DNA of 64,000 nt from an uncultured Acidobacteriota bacterium (GTDB taxonomy: Bacteria > Acidobacteriota > Thermoanaerobaculia > Multivoradales > DATKCC01): positions 385,279 through 449,278 of the forward strand of contig CAWJLS010000002.1 in the NCBI GenBank assembly GCA_963843755.1, in the 5' to 3' direction. Shown here one piece after another: positions 1 through 9,573 of the stretch. Below the pieces are notes generated by a model. That model did no database searches. It was not told the origin of the DNA and saw nothing but the letters and a program-made list of their open reading frames with translations. The position numbers and the translations under genes are program-made. How positions within the stretch are numbered: the stretch's first letter is position 1; every line of letters begins with the position of its first letter.

Positions 1-1108
1 GCAGAGCTTCTTCGTAGAGGTCGGCCGGCTCTTCCAGGTCGAACAGGCGCCACGAGGGGACGGTGACGGCGAGGGTCCGCGGGCCGGTGGTCTCGACCGA
101 ACAGCCGAGGCCGGTCAGCCACTCCTCCGCCTTGCCCTCCGGGATCTCGATGCCGCCGAACTCGTCCAGGCGGTCGAGGTCGAGGGCGATGGTGCGCGCC
201 CGGCACCGCTCCTCGTGCTCGGGAGCGACCGCGTCGACCACGCCGGCGAGGACCGTGCCGCCGCCGAGCTCGGCGATCAGCGCGGCCGCCCGCGTGGTCG
301 CGCGGGCCTGGAGCTCCGGGTCGACGCCCCGTTCGAAGCGGTGGGAGGCGTCCGTGTGCATGCCCAGGCGCTTGGCGGTCCGGCGCACCGACTGGGGGTC
401 GAACCAGGCGCTCTCGAGCAGGATGTCGTGGGTGGAGGAGACGACCTCGCTGTCCTCGCCGCCCATGACGCCGGCCAGGGCCACCGCCCGCGCGCCGTCG
501 GCGATCACCAGCATGTCGGAGGCGAGCTCGCGCTCGGCTCCGTCCAGGGTGGTGAGGATCTCGCCCTCATGGGCCCTGCGCACGACGATCGACGGGGTCG
601 CGGCGTCCGGGACCGGGCTGATCTTGTCCAGGTCGAACGCGTGGAGCGGCTGGCCCATCTCCCACATCACGTAGTTGGTGACGTCGACCACGTTGTTGAT
701 CGGGCGCAGACCGATGGCGCGCAGGCGCCGGGCCATCCAGTCCGGCGACGGGCCGATGCTGACGCCGCGGACGACCCGGGCGGCATAGCGGGAGCACAGG
801 GTCGGCGCGTCGAGCTCCACCCGCACGGCGTCGGCCGTCAGCTCGTCGGACTCGTCCGGCTCGCCTGCCGAGTCGCCGGGCTCGCGGAGCGGCGCGCCGG
901 TGAGGACCGCCACCTCGCGGGCCAGCCCCAGGTGGTTCATGGCGTCGACCCGGTTGGTCGTGACGTCGATGTCGAAGACCGTGTCGCCGTCGTCGCTCTG
1001 ATCGATCAGCTCGACGGCGAACCCGGCCGCGGTCAGTCGCCGGGCGAGATCCTCCCGGTCGTCGGGAAGGTCGACGTAGGCGGAGAGCCAGTCGCAGGAG
1101 AAGAGCAT
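1..1108 (-). CDS. pheT: phenylalanine--tRNA ligase beta subunit, N-terminal part (runs off window start)
   Basis: Minus-strand translation from ATG (1108-1106) reads MLFSCDWLSAYVDLPDDREDLARRLTAAGFAVELIDQ...TTNRVDAMNHLGLAREVAVLTG...PDWMARRLRAIGLRPINNVVDVTNYVMWEMGQPLHAFDLDK. This is the PheT tRNA-binding and B3/B4 N-terminus, open to base 1. It is missing from the ORF track only because no stop lies in the window. It starts 2 nt after the pheS stop. Confidence 0.9.
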   Translation of the reverse strand, partial: MLFSCDWLSAYVDLPDDREDLARRLTAAGFAVELIDQSDDGDTVFDIDVTTNRVDAMNHLGLAREVAVLTGAPLREPGDSAGEPDESDELTADAVRVELDAPTLCSRYAARVVRGVSIGPSPDWMARRLRAIGLRPINNVVDVTNYVMWEMGQPLHAFDLDKISPVPDAATPSIVVRRAHEGEILTTLDGAERELASDMLVIADGARAVALAGVMGGEDSEVVSSTHDILLESAWFDPQSVRRTAKRLGMHTDASHRFERGVDPELQARATTRAAALIAELGGGTVLAGVVDAVAPEHEERCRARTIALDLDRLDEFGGIEIPEGKAEEWLTGLGCSVETTGPRTLAVTVPSWRLFDLEEPADLYEEAL

Positions 1109-1110
1109 GG

Positions 1111-2139
1111 CTATCTCACCTGCCGGAGCATGCGCTCGTCGTTGTCGAAGAGCTGGCGGATGTTGGGGATGCCGTAGCGGATCATCGCCACCCGGTCGAC
1201 GCCGAGGCCGAAGGCGTAGCCGCTGTAGATCTCCGGGTCGATACCGCATTCGCGCAGCACCCGGGGATCGACCATGCCGGAGCCGAGGATCTCCATCCAG
1301 CCGGTGCCGGAGCAGGTGGCGCAGCCGTTGCCCTGGCAGAACGGGCAGGTGATGTCGACCTCGGCCGACGGCTCGGTGAACGGGAAGAAGCTCGGCCGGA
1401 GGCGGACGCCCGTGTCGGCCGAGAACAGCCGTTGGATGAACGCCTCGAGCGTCCCCTTGAGGTCGCCCAGGGTCAGGCCCTCGGCCACCGCCAGGCACTC
1501 CACCTGGTGGAACATGGGGGAGTGGCGCAGGTCGTTGTCGTTGCGGTAGACGCGGCCCGGGCAGATCACCCGGATCGGCGGCTTGCGGCTCAGCATGGTC
1601 CGGATCTGGACCGGCGAGGTGTGGGTCCGGAGCAGGCCGCCGCCCTCGACGAAGAAGGTGTCCTGGGTGTCGCGGGCCGGGTGGCCCTCGGGCATGTTGA
1701 GAGCGGTGAAGTTGTGGTAGTCGTCCTCCACCTCGGGACCCTCGGCCACGCTGTAGCCGAGGGCGGCGAAGATCTCGGTGATCTCCTGGACGACCAGGGT
1801 CACCGGGTGGAGGGTGCCCAGGTGCGGGCGGCGCCCGGGCAGCGTGACGTCGACCCGGGCCGCCTCGGCGCCGGCCGCGGCCTCCCGGTCGGCGATCTCC
1901 AGCTCGAGGCTCTCGAGGCGTTGCTCGACCGCCTGGCGCAGTCGGTTGACCGCCTGGCCGAACTCCTTGCGCTCCTCGGGAGGCACCTCGCCGATGCGGG
2001 CGAGGAGGGTGCGGACGGTGCCCTGCTTGCGGCCGGTCCAGCGAAGCCGCAGGGCGTCGAAGCCGGCGCGGTCTCGGACCTCGCCGGCCTCGGACGTGAA
2101 CCGGTCGATCAGCTCGTCCGGACTGGGCTTCCCGGTCAC
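1111..2139 (-). CDS. pheS: phenylalanine--tRNA ligase alpha subunit
   Basis: ORF 1111..2139 (342 aa). Class II aaRS PheS motifs EGHPARDTQDTFF, LLRTHTSPVQIR, GRVYRNDNDLRHSPMFHQVE, FGLGVDRVAMIRYGI. Canonical rplT-pheS-pheT order. Confidence 0.97.
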   Translation of the reverse strand: MTGKPSPDELIDRFTSEAGEVRDRAGFDALRLRWTGRKQGTVRTLLARIGEVPPEERKEFGQAVNRLRQAVEQRLESLELEIADREAAAGAEAARVDVTLPGRRPHLGTLHPVTLVVQEITEIFAALGYSVAEGPEVEDDYHNFTALNMPEGHPARDTQDTFFVEGGGLLRTHTSPVQIRTMLSRKPPIRVICPGRVYRNDNDLRHSPMFHQVECLAVAEGLTLGDLKGTLEAFIQRLFSADTGVRLRPSFFPFTEPSAEVDITCPFCQGNGCATCSGTGWMEILGSGMVDPRVLRECGIDPEIYSGYAFGLGVDRVAMIRYGIPNIRQLFDNDERMLRQVR

Positions 2140-2146
2140 TCCGGCC

Positions 2147-2872
2147 TCACTCCGACAGGGCGCGAACCCAGTCGGCCTTGACCACGTTGCCGTTGGCGCC
2201 GGAGCCCTCGACGTCGCTCTCGGCGAGGCCGCGCTTGTCGGCCAGCGCCTTGAGGTCGGCCACCGTCATCTTCTCGAGCTCGGCCTTGGCCGGCCCGGCC
2301 GCGGCCTTCTCGGCCTTCTCGGCCTTCTCGGCTTTCTCAGCCTTGGCTGGAGCCTTGGCCGGCTTCGCCTCGTCCTTCTTCGGGGCCTTCTTCGCCGTCT
2401 CGGCCTTGGGCGCGGCGCTCTCTTCTTCCTCGGCGGGAGCCTTCTTGGCCGGCGTCTTCGGAGCGGACACCGTCACCTTCGACGGGGCGGGCTCCGGGCG
2501 CGGCGCCGGCGCCTCCATCTCCAGACCCTCCTTGGCGATCTCGACGATCGCCGCGAAGCCTTCGGCGTCGTGGACCGCGATGTCGGCCAGAACCTTGCGG
2601 TTCAGGTCGAGCCCGGCCCGGTTGAGGCCGTTGATCAGCCGGTTGTAGGAGAGGCCGTTCTGGCGGGAGGCGGCGTTGATGCGGACGATCCAGAGCTTGC
2701 GCAGTTGGCGCTTCTTCTGGCGGCGGTCCCGGTAGGCGAACTTGAGCGCCCGATCGACCGCCTGCTTGGCGATCCGGTAGGCGTTCTTCTTCTTGCCGTA
2801 GTAGCCCTTGGCGAGCTTGAGTACTCTCTTGCGCTTCTCTTTGCGGTGGGGACCGCGCTTGACACGTGCCAT
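2147..2872 (-). CDS. rplT: 50S ribosomal protein L20 with ~120-aa C-terminal extension
   Basis: ORF 2147..2872 (241 aa). The first ~118 aa are a normal L20 ([68 protein letters not shown]...). The rest is an in-frame Ala/Pro/Lys/Glu-rich tail with AEK repeats, ending in [19 protein letters not shown]... Confidence 0.93.
   Translation of the reverse strand: MARVKRGPHRKEKRKRVLKLAKGYYGKKKNAYRIAKQAVDRALKFAYRDRRQKKRQLRKLWIVRINAASRQNGLSYNRLINGLNRAGLDLNRKVLADIAVHDAEGFAAIVEIAKEGLEMEAPAPRPEPAPSKVTVSAPKTPAKKAPAEEEESAAPKAETAKKAPKKDEAKPAKAPAKAEKAEKAEKAEKAAAGPAKAELEKMTVADLKALADKRGLAESDVEGSGANGNVVKADWVRALSE
2303..2347. repeat. 9-bp tandem repeat x5 (ggccttctc) inside the rplT tail
   Basis: 2303-2311, 2312-2320 and 2321-2329 are identical; 2330-2338 and 2339-2347 are degenerate. 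Encodes (AEK)n on the minus strand. Confidence 0.9.
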
Positions 2873-3204
2873 GTCAGAACCTCGTTTCTGCTCCCGGGGG
2901 GGGAGCGGTCGGCGCCGGGCTCAAGGCGTCGTCGGAAGAGCCCGGCAAAGCCGCGGAGGACAGGTCCGTTCCCCCTGGCGGCTAGGTGATCAGTCTGAGA
3001 AAGCCAGAGAGCGATTGCCTCCGATGGTTCAACTCGGTGGCTCAGCCTCTCTGGTCAACCGTGTTCAATTGGCGCGTCTGGAGCCGTAGCGTGCGTCAGA
3101 TCGTGCCACCCGCAGTGCCGACCGAGTGAGGCGTACGTCCGTACGCCGCAGCGAGGGAGAAGCGAGGACGGTACGAGATGGCGTGCGATCCGGCTCCAGT
3201 CGCG
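2873..3204 (-). promoter_or_regulatory. 332-nt structured rpmI-rplT spacer (candidate ribosomal-protein leader or cis-regulatory RNA)
   Basis: No ORF of 60 aa or more on the coding strand. Complementary arms seen: 3078-3086 ctggagccg / 3191-3199 cggctccag; 3130-3136 ggcgtac / 3141-3147 gtacgcc; 3004-3011 ccagagag / 3047-3054 ctctctgg; 2914-2921 gccgggct / 2939-2946 agcccggc; 2890-2895 gctccc / 2901-2906 gggagc, next to the rplT Shine-Dalgarno. Confidence 0.3.
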
Positions 3205-3399
3205 TCAATTGTGGAGCATGTCCTTGATCAGCTTTCCAAACGTCGGATGCGCCAGGGCGCTCTTGCGGAGCTTGCGCTTCCGCTTCGTGCTCTTCTTGGT
3301 CAGGATGTGGCTGCGCATGGAGTGGCCACGCTTGACCTTGCCCTTGGCCGTGACCTTGAAGCGCTTCGCGGCGCCCCGGTGGGTCTTCTGTTTCGGCAT
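3205..3399 (-). CDS. rpmI: 50S ribosomal protein L35
   Basis: The last 64 codons of track ORF 3205..5187 read [64 protein letters not shown], a typical L35. ATG at 3399-3397. Confidence 0.95.
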   Translation of the reverse strand: MPKQKTHRGAAKRFKVTAKGKVKRGHSMRSHILTKKSTKRKRKLRKSALAHPTFGKLIKDMLHN

Positions 3400-3524
3400 T
3401 GTCGATCTTCCTCTTCGATGGTCTGAGCGTCGCTGTGCGTACTCGTCACAGGCGCGCTTCGCGCGAGCTGCCGATGATAACGGAGCGCGTCTGGTCTCGC
3501 AAGGGGGATGGCCCCCGCGCGGGG

Positions 3525-5456
3525 TCAAAGCTCCTGGCTGCGGCTCCTCGCGCGCTCGGTGATCCGTTCGGCCAGGGCGGCGACCTCCATGCCCCCCAGG
3601 TCCTCTTCGGTGCGCAGGCGGACCGACACCGTGCCGGACTCGGCCTCGCGGCCGCCGACGATCAGCATGTAGGGCACCTTCTGGAGCTGGGCCTCGCGGA
3701 TCTTGAAGCCGAGCTTCTCGTCCCGGGTGTCGAGCTCGGCCCGCAGGCCGGCCGCCTGGAGCTGTCCGAGGACGTCCTCGCCGTAGGCGACGAACTTCTC
3801 CGACACCGGCAGGATCACCGCCTGGACCGGCGCCAGCCAGGACGGGAACGCGCCGGCGGTGTGCTCCACCAGGATGCCGAGGAAGCGCTCGATCGAGCCG
3901 AGCATGGCGCGGTGGATCATCACCGGCCGGTGCTCGGAGCCGTCGGCCCCGATGTAGCTCAGGCCGAAGCGCTCCGGCATCTGGTAGTCGAGCTGCACCG
4001 TGCCGAGCTGCCACTGGCGGCCGAGGGCGTCGTGGACCTGGAAGTCGATCTTCGGGCCGTAGAAGGCGCCGTCGCCCTCGTTGATCTGGTACTCGATGCC
4101 GCGGCTTTCGAGCGCCCGCTCGAGGGCGCCCTCGGCCTGCTCCCACATCTCGTCGGTGCCGAGCGACTTCTCCGGCCGGGTGGAGATCTCGATCTCCACC
4201 TCGGAGAAGCCGAAGTCCTCGTAGATCCCGAGGATCGTCCGCACCACCGCCATGACCTCCTCTTCCACCTGGTCGTCGGTGCAGAAGATGTGGGCGTCGT
4301 CCTGGCAGAAGGTGCGCACGCGGGTCAGGCCCGCGGTGACGCCGGAGCGCTCGTTCCTGTGCAGGCGGCCGAAGTCGGCGTAGCGGATCGGCAGGTCCCG
4401 GTAGGAGCGCAGCCGGGTGCCGAAGATCAGGCAGTGGGTCGGGCAGTTCATCGGCTTGACCGCCAGCTCCCGGCCCTCCGACTCGGTGAAGAACATGGCG
4501 TCCTTGTAGTTCGCCCAGTGGCCGGAGGTGTGCCACAGCTCGACGTCGAGGATCTGCGGCGTGATCACCTCGCCGTAGCCCGAGGTCTCGTACTTTTCCC
4601 GGATGTAGTCGACCAGGCCGTTGTAGAGCACCGCGCCCTTCGGGTGGAAGAAGGGGGACGCCGGGGCGTGGGCGTTGAAGCTGAACAGATCGAGCTCCTG
4701 GCCGAGCTTGCGGTGGTCCCGGGCGCGCGCCTGCTCCTGGCGCTCCAGGTACTCGTCGAGCTCCTTCTGGGTGCGGAAGGCCGTGCCGTAGATCCGCTGG
4801 AGCATCTCGTTCGACTCGTCGCCCCGGAAGTAGGCGCCCGAGGTCGAGAGCAGCTTGACCGCGCCGATCTGCTCGGTCGAGCGCACGTGGGGACCGCGGC
4901 ACAGGTCCTGGAAGGCGCCGTGGCGGAAGACGGTGATCGTCGCGTCCTCGGGGATGTCGCCCAGGCGGTCGACCTTGAGCGTCTCGCCCATCTCCCGGAA
5001 CATCCGCGCGGCCTCCTCGCGGGAGACCTCGATGCGCTCGAACGGCTCCTTCTCCTCGAGGATCTCGCGCATCTTGTCCTCGATCGTCTCGAGATCCTCG
5101 GGGGTGAAGGCGCGCGGGAAGCGGAAGTCGTACTGGAACTTCTCCGAGTGGTCCTGGCGGCCGACGTCGATCTCCACCTCGGGCCACAGGCGCTTGACCG
5201 CGTCGGCCAGCACGTGCTCCGCGCTGTGGCGGATGAAGTCGCCCGCCTCGTCGTTCTTGACGGTGATGATCCTGAACGCGCCGTCGGCCTCGAGCGGCTG
5301 GCGCAGGTCGACCATCCGGCCGTCGACGGCGGCGCCCACCGCGGCCTTGGCCAGGCCGGGTCCGATCGAGGTGGCGACGTCCAGCGGGGTGGTGCCGCGC
5401 TCGACCTCGCGGACCGATCCGTCGGGCAGGCTGAGGCTGATGGTCTCTCGACTCAT
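3525..5456 (-). CDS. thrS: threonine--tRNA ligase
   Basis: ORF 3525..5456 (643 aa). TGS-like N-terminus ([23 protein letters not shown]), editing-domain HSAEHVLA, class II core ([43 protein letters not shown]) and an anticodon-binding C-terminus. Confidence 0.97.
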   Translation of the reverse strand: MSRETISLSLPDGSVREVERGTTPLDVATSIGPGLAKAAVGAAVDGRMVDLRQPLEADGAFRIITVKNDEAGDFIRHSAEHVLADAVKRLWPEVEIDVGRQDHSEKFQYDFRFPRAFTPEDLETIEDKMREILEEKEPFERIEVSREEAARMFREMGETLKVDRLGDIPEDATITVFRHGAFQDLCRGPHVRSTEQIGAVKLLSTSGAYFRGDESNEMLQRIYGTAFRTQKELDEYLERQEQARARDHRKLGQELDLFSFNAHAPASPFFHPKGAVLYNGLVDYIREKYETSGYGEVITPQILDVELWHTSGHWANYKDAMFFTESEGRELAVKPMNCPTHCLIFGTRLRSYRDLPIRYADFGRLHRNERSGVTAGLTRVRTFCQDDAHIFCTDDQVEEEVMAVVRTILGIYEDFGFSEVEIEISTRPEKSLGTDEMWEQAEGALERALESRGIEYQINEGDGAFYGPKIDFQVHDALGRQWQLGTVQLDYQMPERFGLSYIGADGSEHRPVMIHRAMLGSIERFLGILVEHTAGAFPSWLAPVQAVILPVSEKFVAYGEDVLGQLQAAGLRAELDTRDEKLGFKIREAQLQKVPYMLIVGGREAESGTVSVRLRTEEDLGGMEVAALAERITERARSRSQEL

Positions 5457-5524
5457 GGTGAATTTCCCCCGAGAACGACGGGGCTCAGTAGATGGTGGGG
5501 GTGAGGGTGAGCGGGAGGACGATC

Positions 5525-5601
5525 TGGTAGGCGCGAGCGGACTCGAACCGCTGACCTCTACCGTGTGAAGGTAGCGCTCTAACCAACTGAGCTACGCGCC
5601 T
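5525..5601 (-). tRNA. tRNA-Val (anticodon CAC), CCA encoded
   Basis: The reverse complement folds as a cloverleaf: acceptor AGGCGCG/CGCGCCT, D arm GCTC-AGTTGGTTA-GAGC, anticodon arm CTACC-TTCACAC-GGTAG, T arm AGCGG-TTCGAGT-CCGCT, then A-CCA. Confidence 0.9.
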
Positions 5602-5663
5602 GCTCATCAGGTCCGTCCTCGATCCGTCCGCGCGCCGCTCGCGGGGCGCGGCGGGTGGAGATT

Positions 5664-5740
5664 TGGTAGGCCCGAGCGGACTCGAACCGCTGACCTCTAC
5701 GATGTCAACGTAGCGCTCTAACCAACTGAGCTACGGGCCT
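5664..5740 (-). tRNA. tRNA-Val (anticodon GAC), CCA encoded
   Basis: The reverse complement has acceptor AGGCCCG/CGGGCCT, the same D and T arms as the neighbouring tRNA, anticodon arm CTACG-TTGACAT-CGTAG, then A-CCA. Confidence 0.9.
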
Positions 5741-5775
5741 ACCGGACGGCCGCGAGGGCCGTCTGAGGAAGACGA

Positions 5776-5805
5776 AAGTTAGCAGACGGGCCGAAGGGGT
5801 GTCAA
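5776..5805 (-). promoter_or_regulatory. sigma70-like promoter candidate for the tRNA-Val/thrS transcription unit
   Basis: Minus strand reads TTGACA (5805-5800), an 18-nt spacer, then TAACTT (5781-5776), about 35 nt upstream of the first tRNA. The -35 hexamer contains the TGA stop of the upstream ligase gene. Confidence 0.4.
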
Positions 5806-7643
5806 CGCCCGTTGCCGCCCTCGTAGAGCGCCGCCACCTGGTCCGCCCACCGGCGCGCCACCACCGGCCGCTTGATCGACATCTTCGGCGTCAGCTCGCC
5901 GGTCTCCTGGGAGAAGTCCCGGTCGAGCAGCAAGATCTTCTTGATCGTCTCGTAGGAGGCGAGGCGCCGGTTGAGGGTCTCGATCTCGGCCTCGATCAAC
6001 CGCTTGACCTCCGGGTTGGCCGCCAGGTCCGCGTAGTCCGCGTAGCCGATCCCCTGCTCCCGGGCCCAGGCGCCGACGGTCTCCTCGTTGATCGTCACCA
6101 GGGCGACGCAGTAGGGCTTCCTGTCGCCCAGCATTACCACCTGGGAGACGTAGCTGGTCTGGGCCTTGAGCAGGTTCTCGATGTACTGGGGCGCGATGTT
6201 CTTGCCGCCGGCGGTGACGATGATGTCCTTCTTGCGGTCGGTGATCTTGAGGAACTCGTCCCCGTCGACCTCGCCGATGTCGCCGGTGTGGAGCCAGCCG
6301 TCGGCGTCCAGGGCGGCGGCGCTTTCGTCCGGCAGGTGGTGGTAGCCGCGCATGATGCCGCGGCCGCGGATCAGGATCTCGCCGTCGTCGGCGATCCTGA
6401 CCTCGGTGCCCGGCACGGGCGGCCCGACGGTACCGAACTTGTAGTGGTGGGGCCGGTTGACGAAGCTGGCCGCCGACGACTCGGTCAGCCCGTAGCCTTC
6501 GAGCACCAGCATGCCGGCGGCGTGGAAGAACTCGGCGATCTCCCGCGACAGCGGCGCGCCGCCGGAGACGAAGTAGCGGATGCGGCCGCCGAAGCGGGCC
6601 TTGAGCTTGGAGAAGACCAGCTTGTCGGCGATCCGTCCCTTGAGCGCCAGCAGCCCGGTCGGCTCCTCGCCGTCCTGGACCAGCACCGACACCTGGCGTC
6701 CGACGCCCAGGGCCCACTCGAAGATCTTGAGCTTGAGGCCGCCGGCCGAGCGGGCGCCGTCGACCACCTTGTTGTAGACCTTCTCGAAGATCCGCGGCAC
6801 CGCCGGCATGACCGTCGGCCGGGCGGCGGCCACGTTGTCGATCAGCTCGTCCAGGTTGCCGTCGACCGCCGTCGGCACCCCGGCCCGGATGAAGCCGACC
6901 TCGAGCACCTTGGCGAAGGAGTGGGCGAGCGGCAGGAAGAGGTACTGCTTGTCCTGGGCGGTCAGCACCTCCATCTCCTGGATCGCCCCCGCCTCGTAGA
7001 CCCAGTTGTCGTGGGTCAGCACCACGCCCTTCGGCTTGCCGGTGGTGCCGGAGGTGTAGATCAGGGTGGCGATGTCGTCCGGGCCGACGGCGTTGGAGCG
7101 CTCGTCGTACCCGCCCGGATTCTCCGCGTCCCAGGCCTCGCCCAGCCGTTCTAGCTCCTCCAGGGTGAGCAGCCAGTCGTCGTCCGGGCCTGCGCCGCGC
7201 ACGGCGGCGGCGGCCCCTTCCATCAGGACGACCCGCCGCAGCTTGGGCAGGCCGGCGCGCACCTCGAGCAGCTTGGCCGCCTGCTCGGGGGTTTCGGCGA
7301 AGCACACCACCGACTCCGAGTCCGACAGGATGTGGGCGCACTCGTCGGGCGTGTTGGAGGTGTAGACCGTGGTGGTGGCGCCGCCGGCCGCGAGGATGCC
7401 CAGGTCGATGATCACCCAGGGCGGGCTGGTCGTCGCCAGGATGGCCACCCGTTCGCCCGACGCCAGCCCCAGGGACGACAGGCCGCACGCCACCTTGCGG
7501 ACGCGCGCGGCCGTGTCCGACCAGGTCAGGTGGTACCACCCCTTTCCGGGCCGGAGACGGCCCGACATGGCCTCGGCGTCGGGAGTCATCTCGACGCGGT
7601 GGTGGAACATCTCGACGATGGACCGGTACTCGCCTTCGCCCAT
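5802..7643 (-). CDS. long-chain acyl-CoA synthetase (AMP-forming ligase, FadD-like)
   Basis: Within ORF 5802..7748. Likely start is ATG 7643, preceded by GGGAGG. AMP-binding signature YTSGTTGKPKGVVLTH, then GYGLTESS, then LHTGDIG...DRKKDIIVTAGGKNIAP. Confidence 0.9.
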   Translation of the reverse strand: MGEGEYRSIVEMFHHRVEMTPDAEAMSGRLRPGKGWYHLTWSDTAARVRKVACGLSSLGLASGERVAILATTSPPWVIIDLGILAAGGATTTVYTSNTPDECAHILSDSESVVCFAETPEQAAKLLEVRAGLPKLRRVVLMEGAAAAVRGAGPDDDWLLTLEELERLGEAWDAENPGGYDERSNAVGPDDIATLIYTSGTTGKPKGVVLTHDNWVYEAGAIQEMEVLTAQDKQYLFLPLAHSFAKVLEVGFIRAGVPTAVDGNLDELIDNVAAARPTVMPAVPRIFEKVYNKVVDGARSAGGLKLKIFEWALGVGRQVSVLVQDGEEPTGLLALKGRIADKLVFSKLKARFGGRIRYFVSGGAPLSREIAEFFHAAGMLVLEGYGLTESSAASFVNRPHHYKFGTVGPPVPGTEVRIADDGEILIRGRGIMRGYHHLPDESAAALDADGWLHTGDIGEVDGDEFLKITDRKKDIIVTAGGKNIAPQYIENLLKAQTSYVSQVVMLGDRKPYCVALVTINEETVGAWAREQGIGYADYADLAANPEVKRLIEAEIETLNRRLASYETIKKILLLDRDFSQETGELTPKMSIKRPVVARRWADQVAALYEGGNGR

Positions 7644-7764
7644 GGCGTGCCTCCCTGGTTCGGTGCCCTTGGATCGCGCGTGCGGCAGACGGGATGTGGC
7701 AGGCATTCTACCGGACCGGAAACCGTTCGGGACGAGAGTCTCATCCAATGCTAGTGTTCTGTGA

Positions 7765-9431
7765 ATGACGCGAACGAAACGCGGTTGGATCTTGGTGATC
7801 TTGCTGGCCGGGCTGCTCCCGGCCCTCTGCTCCGTAGCACGAGCTCAGGACGATCCCGAGCCCGATCAGTCGCGCCCCCGAGGGCGGGCGAAGGGGGTCG
7901 TGCTGGACGACGACGGCGGGCCGCTGGCCGGCGCCACCATCAAGCTGGTGCCGGTCCCCGGACGGGGGGTCGAGCCCGGTCCGGGGGTCGAGGATCCGCG
8001 GTCGGTTCCGCGACCGGTATCCACTGACAAGAAGGGACGCTGGTCGATGGCCTTCCTGGAGCCCGGCGTCTTCTGGATCTCGGTCGAGGCCGAAGGGTTC
8101 CGTCCGGGCCAGGGATGGATCGAGGTGTCGGACGAGGGCCCGGGCGACGCCGTGACCGTGCAGCTCCAGGACCTGGACGTGGTCTCGCCGGAGTACGCCG
8201 AGGGGAACCCGCGGCAGTCGGTCGACGACTGGTTGAAGAAGGGTGACGCCCTGCTGGCTCAGGGGCAACCCGGCCAGGCGCGGGCCGAGTACCAGAAGGT
8301 GCTCGACACCCCGGGAGTGCTCGGCGACGCCGAGCGGGGCCAGGTGCTGGAGACGGTCGCCCGGACCTACTACCTGGAGGGCAACGCCCAGGCGGCGGTG
8401 CGCGCCCTCGAGGCGGCGCTGGTGCTGGCGCCGGACAACCAGCGCACGCGCCAGCTTCTGACCGTCCTGCTGGACGGCCAGGGGCGCAAGGGAGAGGCCG
8501 CGCAAGTTCCTCGACCGGCTGGCGAAGGACCCCGACGGCGTCTCCAAGGAGCTCGCCGACCTGGTCGGAGTGCACGAGGCGGACAAGGGAGAGGCGATCC
8601 CCGACGAGCCGGTGCTCCAGCCGCAGGCCGACCGGGTGGGGCGCTACCGGGTCGCGTTCACCGGCCACGCGCCGCTCGGCGACGTCGAGACGTTCATCGA
8701 CCGCTACGGGGCCGACCGGGGGGCGCTCGAGGCGTCCGACCCGTCGAAGAAGGACGGCGGGGAGGTCGACCTGTCCGCCGAGACCTTCCAGGTCTACGTG
8801 CCGGACGAGTACGCGAGCCAGGCGCGGGGGACGCCGGTGGGGCGTGGGGGCTGGTGGTCTGGGTCAGCCCGGGGCCGTACGGTGCCACCCGCCGCACCGA
8901 CGTCAGCGACGTGCTGCGCAAGCACCACATGCTGTGGGTCGGCGCCAACAACAGCGGCAACGACCGCTTCACCTGGGACCGGGTCGTCCTCGCCCTGGAC
9001 GCGGCCTACAACATGAACGCGCTCTACTCGATCGACCCGAACCGGATCTACGTCGCGGGGTACTCGGGCGGCGGCCGCATGGCCAGCGCCCTGTCGATCC
9101 TCTTCCCCGAGGTATTCCGTGGCAGCCTGATGGCGGTCGGTTGCGACAGCTACGGCCGATCGCGATCCCCGACCGTCCGGGAACCCACTGGCCGCCGTCG
9201 TTCAAGGAGCCTCCGAAGGATCGGCTGGACCGGGCGCGGCGCGACAGCCGCTTCGTCATGCTGACCGGCACCAAGGACTTCAACCGCGCCCAGTGCCGGG
9301 CGATTTACCACGCCATGAAGGACGACGGCTTCAGCCACGTGACCTACCTGGAGGTCCCGGACGGCAGCCACTACATGGGTCTGCTGCCGGAGTGGCTGGA
9401 CAAGGCGCTGACGGCGTTGGACGGGAGTTAG
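7765..9431 (+). pseudogene. exported CarboxypepD_reg - TPR - alpha/beta-hydrolase (esterase) protein, reading frame broken about 3 times
   Basis: Signal peptide MTRTKRGWILVILLAGLLPALCSVARAQ. Ig-like block GVVLDDDGGPLAGATIKLVP...TDKKGRWSMAFLEPGVFWISVEAEGF. A TPR region follows. Esterase part: GLVVWVSPG..., nucleophile elbow YVAGYSGGGRMA, ...EVPDGSHYMG. Homology jumps between ORFs 7765..9264, 8570..9016 and 8844..9431 near 8500, 8822-8847 and 9153-9156. Confidence 0.7.
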
Positions 9432-9573
9432 GTATCGTCGGCAAGGCGGCGCGGTGCCGTCGCTCCGTCGGGAGCCCGTGCCGTACCTGATGGAAGAAGG
9501 GCTTCGAAGGTCTGTGTTGAGTCCCGTGTGGAGAGTGCTGTGAAGAGGGTCCGGCCGGCCCGGCCGTGTCCAG

